This document shows, piece by piece, positions 37,304 to 47,816 of a stretch of DNA of 64,000 nucleotides. Under the pieces are notes generated by a model. That model searched no databases and was not told where the DNA came from. It saw only the letters and a program-made list of their open reading frames with translations. Position numbers and translations under genes: made by a program. This DNA is from an uncultured Acidobacteriota bacterium (GTDB lineage Bacteria; Acidobacteriota; Polarisedimenticolia; J045). The stretch covers positions 1 to 64,000 of the forward strand of contig CAVPCQ010000025.1 of the NCBI GenBank assembly GCA_963702425.1. Reading direction: 5' to 3'. How positions within the stretch are numbered: the stretch's first letter is position 1; every line of letters starts with the position of its first letter.

Positions 37304-39333
37304 TGGCCCGGCGGGCGGGTCCGCGCCCCCGCGTCCGGTCGCACCGGACCCGCACCGCCGTTCTCCTCGCCCTGCTCCCCGGCCTCGTCGGGGCGCTCCT
37401 GATGAACTGGCCTCCCGCCGAGGGGCTGGAGAAGTCGGGGCTCGACTTCCTGTTCATGACCCGCGGCTCGCTTCCCGAGCCCCCGAAGGTGCGCGTCGTC
37501 GCGATCGACGACGACTCGTACGAGGAGCTGGGCTTCGAGCCGACCAGCCCCTGGCCGCGCGGCCTGCACGGTGAGCTGATCCGCACGCTCGCGGCGCAGG
37601 GCGCGCGGGCCGTCGCCTTCGACGTGATCTTCGAGGAGGCCGGCGACCCGGAGCAGGACGAAGCCCTCCGCTCCGCGCTGGAAGAGACCGGAATCGTCGT
37701 GCTCGGCGCGACCGTCGACCAGGTCATCGACCCGCGCTTCCGGCGGGCCCAGACCGTCGAGCCCTACGAGCCGTTCGCCCGCGCGGCGGCCGCGCTGGCC
37801 GAGGTGAACCTGCTGCCCGACAGCGACGGCGTGATCCGCAGCGCCTGGCTGGTGCCCTACGGCCGGCCGGGCCTGGCGCTCGCAGCGTACGAGAGAGCGA
37901 CGGGCGACACCTCGCAGCGCGACGAGGAGGCGCGCCTGATCGACTACTACGGCCCGCCGCGGACGGTGCGGACCGTCTCGCTCTACCAGGCGCTCGAGCC
38001 GGAGCGCTTCCTACCCCCCGACTTCTTCGAGGACGCGATCGTCTTCGTCGGACTCTCGCAGGCCGCGGCCGCGGGCCCGGCGGCGAAGGACGCCTTCATG
38101 ACGCCCTACCGCGGGGCCAGCGGCGCCGCGACCTTCGGCGTCGAGATCCACGCGACGATCGCCGCGAACCTGCTCGAGGGACGCCGGATCGACCTGCTCC
38201 CGCCCTGGGTCGAGATCGGGATGTTGATCCTGCTGCCGATCATCGCCTCGATCGCTTTCGTGTGGCTGGGGCCGCTCTACGGACTGCTCGCCCTCGCCGC
38301 GCTCCTGGTCCTGCCCTTCGCGACGAGCTACGTCGCGTTCAACCACTTCCAGCTCTGGACCCCGACCGTGATCCCGGCGGCGATCCAGCTCCCGCTGGCC
38401 TATGTCGTCAGCGTGATCTGGTTCTACCTGACCACCGTGCGCGACCGCGAGCGAATCAAGCGCGCCTTCTCGCTCTACCTCTCGCCGGCGATGACCAAGC
38501 AGATCGCGGAGGACCCTTCGAAGCTCGACCTCGGCGGCGAGGAGATCGTCGCCACCGCGATGTTCACCGACATCAAGGGGTTCACCACGGTCGCCGAGTT
38601 GATGTCCGCCAAGGAGACCGCGGCGCTGCTCAATCGCTACTTCTCCGAGGCGACGCGCCACGTCTTCGACTCCGGCGGGACGCTGGTGAAGTACATCGGC
38701 GACGCGGTCTTCGCGATCTGGGGCGCCCCGTTGAAGATGGAGGACCACGCGGAGAAGGCCTGCGAGGCGGCGCTCGCGCTCTCGCGGATGCAGGCTGGCG
38801 GCGACGGAACGGAAGGCGAGGACCACCCGGTGCACCAGCTCAAGACGAGAATCGGCGTGCACACCGGGCCGATGCTGGTCGGCAACCTGGGGTCGGCGCA
38901 GCGCTTCGACTACACCGCGATCGGCGACGCGGTGAACCTGTCGGCGCGGCTGGAAGGCCTGAACAAGCTGTTCGGCACACGGGCGATGATCTCGGGGGAC
39001 ACGCTGGCCCTGGCCGGCGGCCACTTCGCCGTGCGCAAGCTGGGCCGCGTGCGGGTCGTGGGACGCGGCGAGCCGGTGACGGTCTACGAGCTGCTCGGCC
39101 GGACCGGCGAGGCGACCACGCCGCCGGCGGAGACGGTGGCCCGGTTCGAGGCGGCGCTGGCAGCGTTCGAGGCGGGCCGCTTCGCGGAGGCGGGGGCGGC
39201 GTTCGAGGCGGTTGCGCTCGAGGGCGAGGTCGCAGACGCCCCCGCGGCCTTCTACACGGGTCTCTGCCGCCGGTACCATGAGCAGCCGCCGCCGGGACCG
39301 TGGGACGGCGTGGTGACCGCGGAGTCGAAGTGA
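37303..39333 (+). CDS. CHASE2-domain class III adenylate cyclase
   Basis: 3' part of ORF 35992..39333 from ATG 37303 (TGATG overlap): VVAIDD..WPR..FDVIF..DSDGVIR..GVEIHA, three TMs, MFTDIKGFT, KYIGDA, YTAIGDAVNLSARLEG (Lys/Thr adenine specificity). Confidence 0.93.
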
Positions 39334-39340
39334 ACGGGTC

Positions 39341-39748
39341 GTGAGCAGGAGGAGTCGGGCGATGTCGCGGAAGTTCGTCGTGGGGATGGCCGTCCTGGCG
39401 CTCGGCGCCGCCTTCGCAGCCGGACGGGCGAGCGGTGCCGGATCGGCCGTCGCGCCGGCCGCCGGAACGTCGGTGACCGCCGCCGAGGGATACGGCCTGG
39501 TCGCGCTGCGCAACACCTACGATCCCGGCGAGAGTGCGCCGCTGCACGAGCACGCCGCCCCGCGCCTGGTGGTCGTGCTGTCGGGCGGCTCGTTCGAGGT
39601 CACGGCCGGCGACGGGGCGATGCGCACGGTGGACCTCGCCGCCGGACAGGTCATGTTCCGCGGGCCCGAGACGCACGCGCTGAAGAACGTCGGCGACACG
39701 ACGATCGAGACGATCGAGCTGGACCTGAATCGGGGACAGCAACCGTAA
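39341..39748 (+). CDS. Secreted cupin-domain protein
   Basis: Signal peptide; PGESAPLHEH..VVLSGG..GQVMF..PETHALKNVG. The start may be ATG 39362. Confidence 0.8.
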   Translation: MSRRSRAMSRKFVVGMAVLALGAAFAAGRASGAGSAVAPAAGTSVTAAEGYGLVALRNTYDPGESAPLHEHAAPRLVVVLSGGSFEVTAGDGAMRTVDLAAGQVMFRGPETHALKNVGDTTIETIELDLNRGQQP

Positions 39749-39786
39749 GTCGGTAAGTCGGCCGAATCGGGGACAGCAACCGTAAG
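39727..39786 (+). repeat. 23-bp direct repeat GAATCGGGGACAGCAACCGTAAG, 2 copies
   Basis: Copies at 39727-39749 and 39764-39786, 14 bp apart, between convergent genes. Confidence 0.85.
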
Positions 39787-39790
39787 CCGG

Positions 39791-41491
39791 TTAGCCGGCG
39801 GAATCGCCCCGCTCGCGCTCCCGCTCCAGCAGCGCGCTCGCCAGCACCAGCGGCCCGACGCGGCCGACGAACATCGCGACCGCGGCCACCAGCTTGCCGG
39901 CCGTCGTCAGCTCCGGCGTCAGGTTCATCGTCAGGCCGACGGTGCCGAGCGCCGAGGCCGCCTCGAACGCGACCCGCCGGTCGAAGGTCCCCTGGGCGAG
40001 CGCGAGCAGCAGCGCGAAGGCCCCGTACGAGCCCAGGTACGTCGAACGCCAGGCGCAGCGCGCGCCGGCGCTCGCGCGTCCCGGGGCCCCGGCCGCGGAG
40101 TGCCGCCGGGAGCAGGGCCGCGGCCGTGCTCGTCTTCATCCCGCCGGCGGTCCCGCCCGGCGAGCCGCCGACCAGCATCCAGGCGATCGAGAGCACGATC
40201 GCCGGCCCGCCGAAGGCCGCGAAGTCGAGCGAGTTGAAGCCCGCGGTGCGCAGCGTCACGGACTGGAACAGGGACGCCAGCCACTTCGATCCCTCGTCGA
40301 GCGGCGCGAGCGTCCGTCCGGCTTCGAACCCGCGGAACAGGAGCATCCCGGCCACGATCAGGAACGCGGTCGTCCGAGCGCTGCACGCTGCTCCCAATCG
40401 AAAGGCGAGCGGTCGCGTGTCGTCGCGCGCCGGCCCAGCCGGATCAGCAAGACGAAGCCGAGGCCGCCGAGCACGACCAGCGCGGCGATCACCAGGTTGG
40501 TCGGAACGTCGGCGACGAGGCCGGTCAACGAGGCGTTCCCCTTGAAGAGCGAGAAACCGGCGTTGCAGAACGCGGAGACCGCGTGGAACGCGGCCCAGCC
40601 CCCGCGCGTCACCGCGTCGGGCACGATCTCCCGCCAGGCCCAGAACAGCCCCGCTGCGCCGACGGCCTCGATCGCCAGGGTGACGCCGATGATCCGCCCG
40701 AGCAGCGTGCGCACGTCGGTCGCGTCGTCTTCGGTAATCGCCTCGGCCAGGGCCTGCTCGTGCCGTCCGGTGTACCGCCGCCCGCCGAAAACCGCGAACG
40801 CCGTCGTCAGCGTCAGCACGCCGAGCCCGCCGACCTGGATCAGCGACCAGCAGCACCCCGTACCCCAGCTTCGAGAACTGCCCTGCCGTGTCGACGACGA
40901 CGAGCCCCGTCACGCAGCCCGCCGAGGTCGCGGTGAAGAGCGCGTCGACGAGCGACAGCGGGACGTCACGATGGCAGCCCGGTAGGAGCAGCGCCAGCGT
41001 GCCGGCGCGCGACCAGCAGGCCGAACGAGACGACCGCCATCTGGGCCGGGGCGAGCCGCAGGCGCAGGAGGAGCTGGTTCGCGAGCGACGACCGCGCGGC
41101 CACGATCGCGAGGAAGTAGAACTGCACGACCAGGACGAGCAGCGCCCACGTCGGGTCCGGGATGTCGCGCGCCGCGAGGTAGGCGGCCTCCGGAGTTTCG
41201 TTCAGTCCCAGGTAGACGAAGACCTGCGACGCGAGCACGGCGAGCATCGAGAAGTCGAGCCAGCGCGTCCTGAGGTAGTCCAGCGGCTGCCCGGCGACCA
41301 GCAGCTTCGAGAGCTGCAGCAGCGACGAAGGCGACGACGCAGAGGAACTGCAGCCGTGTCAGCCACCCGTCCCACGGCGGTCCGACGAGCAACCCGTAGA
41401 CGAGGATCGCCGCGCCGAGGCCGGTCAGCGCGGGAATGGCCATCGCGGCGTTGATCCGCGCGATGGACCGGCTGCGCTCCGCGGGCCTCAC
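39791..41491 (-). CDS. KtrB/TrkH-family K+ uptake permease with an N-terminal membrane extension; several apparent frameshifts
   Basis: FTATSAGCVTGLVVVDT, IQVGGLG, FHAVSAFCNAGFSL, VLGGLGF, FQSVTLRTAGFNS, VGGSPGGTAGGMKT, FEAASALGTVGL, MFVGRVGPL; stop TAA at 39791. Confidence 0.85.
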
Positions 41492-42800
41492 GCTGCGTCG
41501 TCGGTCCCGTCGGGCCGGGTGGTCGGCGCCGGCCCGGGCGGCCGCGCGTCGAACTCGAGCGGCACGCGGGCCAGCGCGCGGTAGGGGACGCGCACGAACG
41601 CGCCGTCGTCGGTGCGGAGCGTCAGCGCCAGCGGACCGTCGGCGACGACGACGCCGGCGAGCGGGCCGACCCGCACGCGCGTTCCGCGCTCGACGAAGCG
41701 GCCGTAGTGGAGCGCGAGGCCGGCGAGGAAGTCGGCGGCGAAGTCGCGCATCCCGACGAGGAAGAGCAGCGCCAGGAGCGCGGAGAGCGCGAGCAGCGCC
41801 ACGCCGGGCGGCCCCGGCAGCAGCAGGCCGGCGACGAGCACGAAGAGCCCGATCAGCAGCAGCTGGATCGTGATTCCGGCGGTGTGGGGGCCGCCGAACG
41901 AGCGCGAGACGGCGCGCAGGCTGGCGCGCAGCAGCAGCGCCAGCAGTCCCAGCAGGACCAGGCGCGGCAGCAGGCCGAGCAGTGCCACCCCCGTCTCGCT
42001 CGCCGCGCGCCAGACGAGCTCGGTCAGGCGCACGCCGTAGGCGGAGGTCGTCGGGATCAGCCGCAGCAGCGCGACCGCGAAGCCGTACGTCAGGACGAGG
42101 TAGGCGACCCAGCGCAGCACGGCCAGCAGCGAAGCTCAGCAGGCGGCGAACCGCCGACGCGCTGAGCAGCGTGACACCGCCGACCTCGATCGCGTGGCGG
42201 TGCCAGCGCGGGTGGAGCAGCACCGAGCGCAGCCTCAGGTAGAGGAACCGTGTCGCGATCAGCGCGGCGAGCCAAAGCACCGGGATGACGATGCCGAGCA
42301 CCGCGCTGCGCAACAGGCTCGCGGAGTAGAGCGCCGCCTTCTCGCGCGCGAAGCGCGGCCGGGTCTCCTCCATCCAGCGCCGTGCGACCTCCTCTGCCGG
42401 AAGGCCGGCCACGATCGAGTCGTTCGGACCGGCCCGCAGCAGCTCGCGACCGCAGACGAAGAGCGCGGGCCGGCCGTCGGCCTCGCCCAGCGAGAAGCTC
42501 TCCGGGGTGCAGGCCGGATCGACGAGCGCCTCGTCGATCCGCACCGCGGCCAGTTGCGCCCGCTCCGCCGCGGAGAGCTGGCCGAGCGGGGCGTAGACCG
42601 TCGGGCCCGTGGTGCGGCCGATCCGGACCGGGAAAGCGGCGGCGGCCGGCGCGAGCGGAGGGGGCGACGGCGAAGGGTGCGCGGGGCTCGGGGTCGGCGG
42701 GGGGGCCGGCGTCGGCGGGTCCGTCGCGCTCGCCGGCAGCGCCAGGGCGGCCAGCGCGGTGGTGACGGCGAGCCATCGCGAACAGGGTAAGCGACCTCAC
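41488..42800 (-). CDS. MscS-family mechanosensitive channel with a periplasmic N-domain; apparent frameshifts
   Basis: C-part RDFAADFLAGLAL..VERGTRVRVG..GVV..LRTDDGAFVRVPY; N-part has a signal peptide, a Pro-rich linker and TMs across several frames. Confidence 0.72.
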
Positions 42801-42989
42801 GGCGGCATGATAGCGGACCCGGCCAGGAGGCCTCGGCGGCGGCTCGCTGCGACGCCTGCGCCGGGTCGCCCGGTGCCACCTCGGGACGGTCCGGCCGGCG
42901 CGAGCAATCGCCGGGCTGTGGCCGCCGGGCCGCTCTCCCTTATCCTGCTCGGGTCGCCGCGGGTCGACCCGCGCGGCCGAGAGGTGCCG

Positions 42990-43937
42990 ATGCACGTGCC
43001 GGATGGGTTCCTGAGCGCCGGGGTCGCGGCGGGGGCGTGGGCCGCGGGCGCGGTCTCGCTGGCCGGCGCGCTCGGCGCCGAGCGGCGCGACCCGGAGCCG
43101 GTCCCCGCCGGCGTGCTGGGCGCGCTGGCGGCGTTCGTGTTCGCGGCGCAGATGGTCAACGTCCCGGTCGCCCCCGGGACCAGCGGTCACCTCGTCGGCG
43201 CGACCCTGACCGCGGCGCTCGTCGGGCCCTGGCGTGCGATCGTCGTGATGGCGGTCGTGCTCGCGGTGCAGGCGCTCCTGTTCCAGGACGGCGGGATCAC
43301 CGCCTACGGCGTCAACCTGCTGGCGATGGGAGTCGTCGCGGTCGTCGTCGGCTTCGCCGTCACGCAGGCGATCGCGCACCGCGTCGGCGGCGTGCGCGGA
43401 CAGGCGGCAGGGGCGGTCGTCGGCGCGTTCCTGGCGACGCTTGCAGCGGCGAGCGTCGTCGCCGCCGCGCTGGCCCTGTCGGGCCTCTACCCGATCGGCG
43501 GCATCCTGCCGCTGATGCTCGTCACGCACGTCCCGATCGGCCTGCTCGAGGCGGCGCTGACCGGCGCGATCCTCGCGACCGTCCTGCGCTGGCGCCCCGA
43601 CCTGGCCGCCGGCCTGCAGGATGGCCGGCCCGTGTCGCGGCCGGTCGCGACGGCGCTCGGCGCGCTCGGCGTCGCGCTGCTCGTTGCGGGCTTCGTGGCT
43701 CCGTTCGCATCGACGCTGCCCGACGGCCTCGAAGCGATTGCGGAGCGGCTCGGTTTCGCCGGTGCAGCGCGTGCGCTGTGGCCGGCCCCCGCGCCGGACT
43801 ACGAGATCCCCGGCGTGGCGGCGCTGGGACGGGTGGCGCCCGCCGTCGCCGGCCTGGGAGGCACGATCGTCGCCGCGGGCCTCGCGTGGGCCTTGTCGCG
43901 CGGCCTGGCGGCTCGCGGCCGGGCCGGACACCGTTGA
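42990..43937 (+). CDS. cbiM: ECF Ni/Co transporter substrate component (CbiM/NikMN, with PDGLE domain)
   Basis: N-terminal MHVPDGFL, FAAQMVN, GTSGHLVG, QALLFQDGG and PDGLE. Confidence 0.93.
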   Translation: MHVPDGFLSAGVAAGAWAAGAVSLAGALGAERRDPEPVPAGVLGALAAFVFAAQMVNVPVAPGTSGHLVGATLTAALVGPWRAIVVMAVVLAVQALLFQDGGITAYGVNLLAMGVVAVVVGFAVTQAIAHRVGGVRGQAAGAVVGAFLATLAAASVVAAALALSGLYPIGGILPLMLVTHVPIGLLEAALTGAILATVLRWRPDLAAGLQDGRPVSRPVATALGALGVALLVAGFVAPFASTLPDGLEAIAERLGFAGAARALWPAPAPDYEIPGVAALGRVAPAVAGLGGTIVAAGLAWALSRGLAARGRAGHR

Positions 43938-44578
43938 GCGGCGTGCGCACGATCCGCCGCCCGGGCCTGGTGCTTGCGGCGGGACTCGCGCTCGTCATCG
44001 CGTCGGCGCTGGCGCCGGCCGGGCTTGGCGGCCGGGCGATCCACACCTGGTCGTGGGCGCTGTGGGGCGCCGCGTTTCTCGCCGGGCTCGCGTTCCTGAG
44101 CGCCGCCGGCCTGACCGTCGCGCAGGCGGTGCGGCGCCTGGCGTGGCTGATGCCGCTGGTCCTGCTGCTCGCGCTTCCGGCTGCGCTGCTGGCTTCGCCC
44201 GGCCACCGGATCGAGATCGCGCTCGCGCTCGGCGCGCGTGCGCTGGCGGCGACCGCGGCGGGCGCGGGGATCGCCAGCCTGCTTGGTCCGCTCGGGCTCG
44301 TGCGCGGCGTGGCGGCACTCGGCGTGCCGCGGCGGCTCGTCGACGTGCTGGAGGCGGCGCTCGGCAGCCTCTCCGGCGTCTTCCGCCAGGTGAAGGGGAT
44401 GCTGCGCGCGCGCGAAGCGCGGCGCCCGGCGTTCGGCGCGTGGAGTTCGCTCGCGCGCGAGCCCGTAGCGACGGTCACCGGCTTCGGACGCTTCGCGGGT
44501 GCGCTGTTGCTGCGCTCGCTGGAGCGGGCCGAGGCGCTGGAGCGCGCCCGCCGCGCGCGCGGCGGGGGCGAGGCGTGA
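43934..44578 (+). CDS. cbiQ: ECF transmembrane T component (CbiQ/NikQ)
   Basis: 3' part of ORF 43037..44578: LGVPRRLV, MLRAREAR, LLLRSLERAEALERARRARG; TTGA overlap. Confidence 0.82.
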   Translation: MSGVRTIRRPGLVLAAGLALVIASALAPAGLGGRAIHTWSWALWGAAFLAGLAFLSAAGLTVAQAVRRLAWLMPLVLLLALPAALLASPGHRIEIALALGARALAATAAGAGIASLLGPLGLVRGVAALGVPRRLVDVLEAALGSLSGVFRQVKGMLRAREARRPAFGAWSSLAREPVATVTGFGRFAGALLLRSLERAEALERARRARGGGEA

Positions 44579-45342
44579 CCGGCGCGGTCGCGCTCGAGGT
44601 CGAGCACCTCGCCTACCACTATCCCGACGGGTCGGCCGCGCTCGACGGCGTGTCGTTCCGCGTCGCACCCGGAGAGCGCGTCGCGCTGCTCGGACCCAAC
44701 GGGGCGGGGAAGTCGACCCTGCTGCTGCACCTCGCCGGGCTGCTGCCGGAGCGCCAGCGCTACCTGCACCGCCACGCCGCGCACGACGCGCCGCACCGCC
44801 ACGACGTGCAGGGGCACGTGCACGTCGACGGCGTGGAGCTGAGACCGCACGCGATCCGCGCGATCAGGGACAAGGTCGGGATCGTGTTCGAGGATCCCGA
44901 CGACCAGCTGATCGGCCTGACCGTCGGCGAGGACGTCGCCTACGGGCCGCGCGCGCGCCGCTGGCCGCCCGCGGAAGTCGAGCGCGCGGTGCACGAGGCG
45001 CTCGCGGCGGTCGGGCTGGCAGGCTTCGAGGAGCGCTTTCCGCACCACCTCTCGACCGGCGAGAAGCGGCGGCTCTGCCTGGCCGGCGTGCTGGCCTGCC
45101 GGCCGGGCCTGCTGCTGCTCGACGAGCCGTCGGCGGGGCTCGACCCGCGCGGCCGGCGCGAGCTGGCGGCGCTGCTCGACGGGCTGCCGGCGACGATCGT
45201 CGCCGCCAGCCACGACCTGGCGTTCGTCGAGCGGCTGGCGCCGCGCGCGATCGTGCTCGACCGCGGGCGCGTCGTCGCGGACGGGCCAACACCCGCGCTC
45301 TTTGCCGACCGCGACCTGCTGCGGCGGCACGGGCTGGACTGA
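44575..45342 (+). CDS. cbiO: ECF ATPase (CbiO/NikO) with a His-rich insert
   Basis: GPNGAGKST, VFEDPDDQL, LSTGEKRR, LLDEPSAGLDP, SHDL; GTGA overlap. Confidence 0.92.
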   Translation: MTGAVALEVEHLAYHYPDGSAALDGVSFRVAPGERVALLGPNGAGKSTLLLHLAGLLPERQRYLHRHAAHDAPHRHDVQGHVHVDGVELRPHAIRAIRDKVGIVFEDPDDQLIGLTVGEDVAYGPRARRWPPAEVERAVHEALAAVGLAGFEERFPHHLSTGEKRRLCLAGVLACRPGLLLLDEPSAGLDPRGRRELAALLDGLPATIVAASHDLAFVERLAPRAIVLDRGRVVADGPTPALFADRDLLRRHGLD

Positions 45343-45364
45343 GCGTCGTGTCCGAGGAGACCCC

Positions 45365-47213
45365 ATGAACAGCTTCGTCCTGCGCGTGCTCGACCCCCGC
45401 GGCCCCACCGCCGGCTTCCTGCTCGAGTTGCGCGAGGAGCACGCACTGTCGGACCTGCACTGGGCGATCGCGACCGCGCTCGGCGTGGCAGGCGAGGGGA
45501 GCTACGCCTTCGACCTGGCCGGGGGCGAGGCGCCCGACTTCGACGATCCCGACTTCGTGCTGGACGACAGCGTCGCGCCGCTCTTTCCGCTGCGCGAGGT
45601 GATCGACGAGCTGGGCGGGCGGATCTGGCACCGCGCCGGGCGAGGGAATCGGGACCGAGATCGTCCCCGAGCGGCTGCGCGTCGCGTACGCGCACGCGAC
45701 CTACCCGCGCCGCGCCGGGACCGGCACCGAGCTGGAGGGCTCGCCGGTTCGCGGCGACGCGACCGAGACGAGCGGGCGTCTGCGGAGCGAGGCCCGCGTC
45801 CACGCCGCGGCGATGGACGAGATCGTGCGGCGCGGCACGGTCGGCGACCTCGATCCGGAGCACGGCCCGCTCGATCCGCGCGCGGCGCTCGAGCGGCTCG
45901 GCGAGCTGCTCGACTGGGCCGCGGGCGATCGGCGACGGGTTGCCGCGGTGGAGATGCTGGCCGAGTCGCACTGGAGCTACTGGCTACGCCAGTGGCTGAC
46001 CGGCGAGGCGCCGCGCCTCGGGCTGGTCGACGAGGCGGCGGCGCTGCTTGCGCGCTGGGCCGAGATCGACCGGCGCGAGGATGCGCTGGCGCGGCGCGCG
46101 CTGGTGCTGGCCAAGACCGGACGCGGCGCCGCGGCGATCGCCGAGGCCGACACGGTGCTGGCCAGCGCGCGGCGCGACGGCTGGGCGATGTTCCTGGCCG
46201 CGCAGGCGCTCGAGGCCGCGGGCGAGCCGGCGCGCGCCGAGACGGTCTATCGCGAGCTGCTCGGCGCGGAGGACATCCCGCCGACCTTCGAGCTCGGCGT
46301 CCTCGAGCGGCTTGCGCCGCTGCTGGCGCGCGCCGGGCGGTCGGCGGAGGCGGCGCCGCTCGTCGAGCGGCTGGCCGCGCTCGAGAAGGCCGCGGCCCGC
46401 GACGGGGTCGACGAGGAGTTGGACGAGCTGGGCGCGCTCGACGACGAGGCGGACGAGGTGATCGACGACGAGGACGACGACGAGCTGATGGGCTTGGTCG
46501 CGGCCGAGGCCGAGGCCGACCTCGAGATCGGCGCCCCCGAGCTGCCGGACGAGGGGGACGAGAGCGCAGCTTTCCGGACGGCGCGCGCGGCGCTGCTCGA
46601 GTTCGCCGCGCGCCCGGAACACGCGTCGCGCGTCGCGGCGGCGCTGACCGAGGCGATGGACGAGGAGTTGTCGCAGTACACGCTGCAGGACCTGCTCGAG
46701 CGGTTCGCGCCGCGCGGGGCCGCGCAGGCGCTGGTCGAGTGGGTGCTCTTCGATCACCGCGACGAGGCGGGCGAGACGATCGCGGCGCGCTTTCTGCGCG
46801 AGGACGGGCCGTCACTCGATGACGACCAGCGGCTCGTGCTCGAGCGTGCGATGAAGAGCCCCGTCAGCCTCTACCGCGTGAAGGCGATCGCCCCCGGCCG
46901 CGGGATGACGCTCGCCGACCTGCCGCGCGGTCGGACGATCGCGGCGCTCGATTCGCTGCTGGCGCACCGCTTCGACCCGGAGGACCTGGTCGCGATGCGC
47001 GTGGTGGAGCTGGACGGGGCGCCGCGCCCGACTGGCGGCTGCTTCGCCTTCGAGGCCGAGGACATGGGCGAGCTGATGGCCGCGCTGCTCCAGGCCTACG
47101 AGGACTACACCGAGATCTTCCCCGGCAGCGGCTGGGACGAGGTGCTGCGCGAGCACTTCGACCTCTTCCCGGCCTTCCTCGCCTTCAAGTCGACGCGCGA
47201 GCGGCAGGCGTAG
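45365..47213 (+). CDS. Hypothetical multidomain protein (pRiA4b-ORF3-like N-part, TPRs, acidic linker); apparent frameshift at about 45650-45750
   Basis: LSDLHWAIATAL..YAF N-terminus; TPR helices; D/E-rich tract; EWVLFD..TIAARFL..SLYRV C-domain. Confidence 0.6.
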
Positions 47214-47248
47214 GCGGGCGCTCTGGGCGGCCGCAAGGGAGAACGGAG

Positions 47249-47701
47249 ATGGCACTCAAGGTGTCCGAAGAGATCGCGATCGATGCGTCGCCGGAGCGGG
47301 TCTGGTCCTACCTGGCGAGCGAGCGCGGGCTGGCGGCGTGGAACGACGGCCTCGTGCGCGTGGAGCCGCATACGCTGCGCGCCGGCGAGACCTGCCGGAT
47401 CGTGGTGCGGGCAGCAGGCAGCGACATCGAGCAGTCGCAGGAGGCGACGGTCGTGGTTTCCGAACCGCCGCGCCGCCTGGGTCTCGAAGTCGCGGGGGGG
47501 ATGCTGCCGCCGGGCGTGAGCCTGCGCGTCGACCTGAGCCTGCGCCCCGTGGGGACCGGGACCCGGCTGGTGGTCGATGCGGAGGCAAAGCTGACGGGCT
47601 TTCTCGCCGGGCTGATCGGCTCCTCGATCCTGCCGCTGGCGACGACGCGGTTCCGCGCCGCGGCGGCGCGGCTCAAAGAGGCGGCGGAGGCGGGGCGGTA
47701 G
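47249..47701 (+). CDS. SRPBCC/START-like protein
   Basis: IAIDASPERVWSYL..W..EPPRRLG..GTRL; GGAG RBS. Confidence 0.85.
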   Translation: MALKVSEEIAIDASPERVWSYLASERGLAAWNDGLVRVEPHTLRAGETCRIVVRAAGSDIEQSQEATVVVSEPPRRLGLEVAGGMLPPGVSLRVDLSLRPVGTGTRLVVDAEAKLTGFLAGLIGSSILPLATTRFRAAAARLKEAAEAGR

Positions 47702-47740
47702 TTGGCGGTGCGACGCGCCAAGCCGGTGCACGTGTCCAGC

Positions 47741-47775
47741 CGTGCAATCTTGCATTCGGAATGCAAGATTGCACG
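47741..47775. repeat. Perfect 35-bp palindrome between convergent genes (possible bidirectional terminator or REP-like element)
   Basis: CGTGCAATCTTGCATTC-G-GAATGCAAGATTGCACG: 17-bp arms with a 1-nt centre. Confidence 0.85.
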
Positions 47776-47816
47776 ATCCAGGCCTTCAGCGTCCTGCGGC
47801 TGCGCCCCGTGCCCTG

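Noticed and set aside
42810-42989. Cobalamin or NiCo riboswitch upstream of cbiM
   Set aside because: No B12-box or recognisable conserved core; only a GC-rich 16-bp palindrome (42958-42973) that could be chance.
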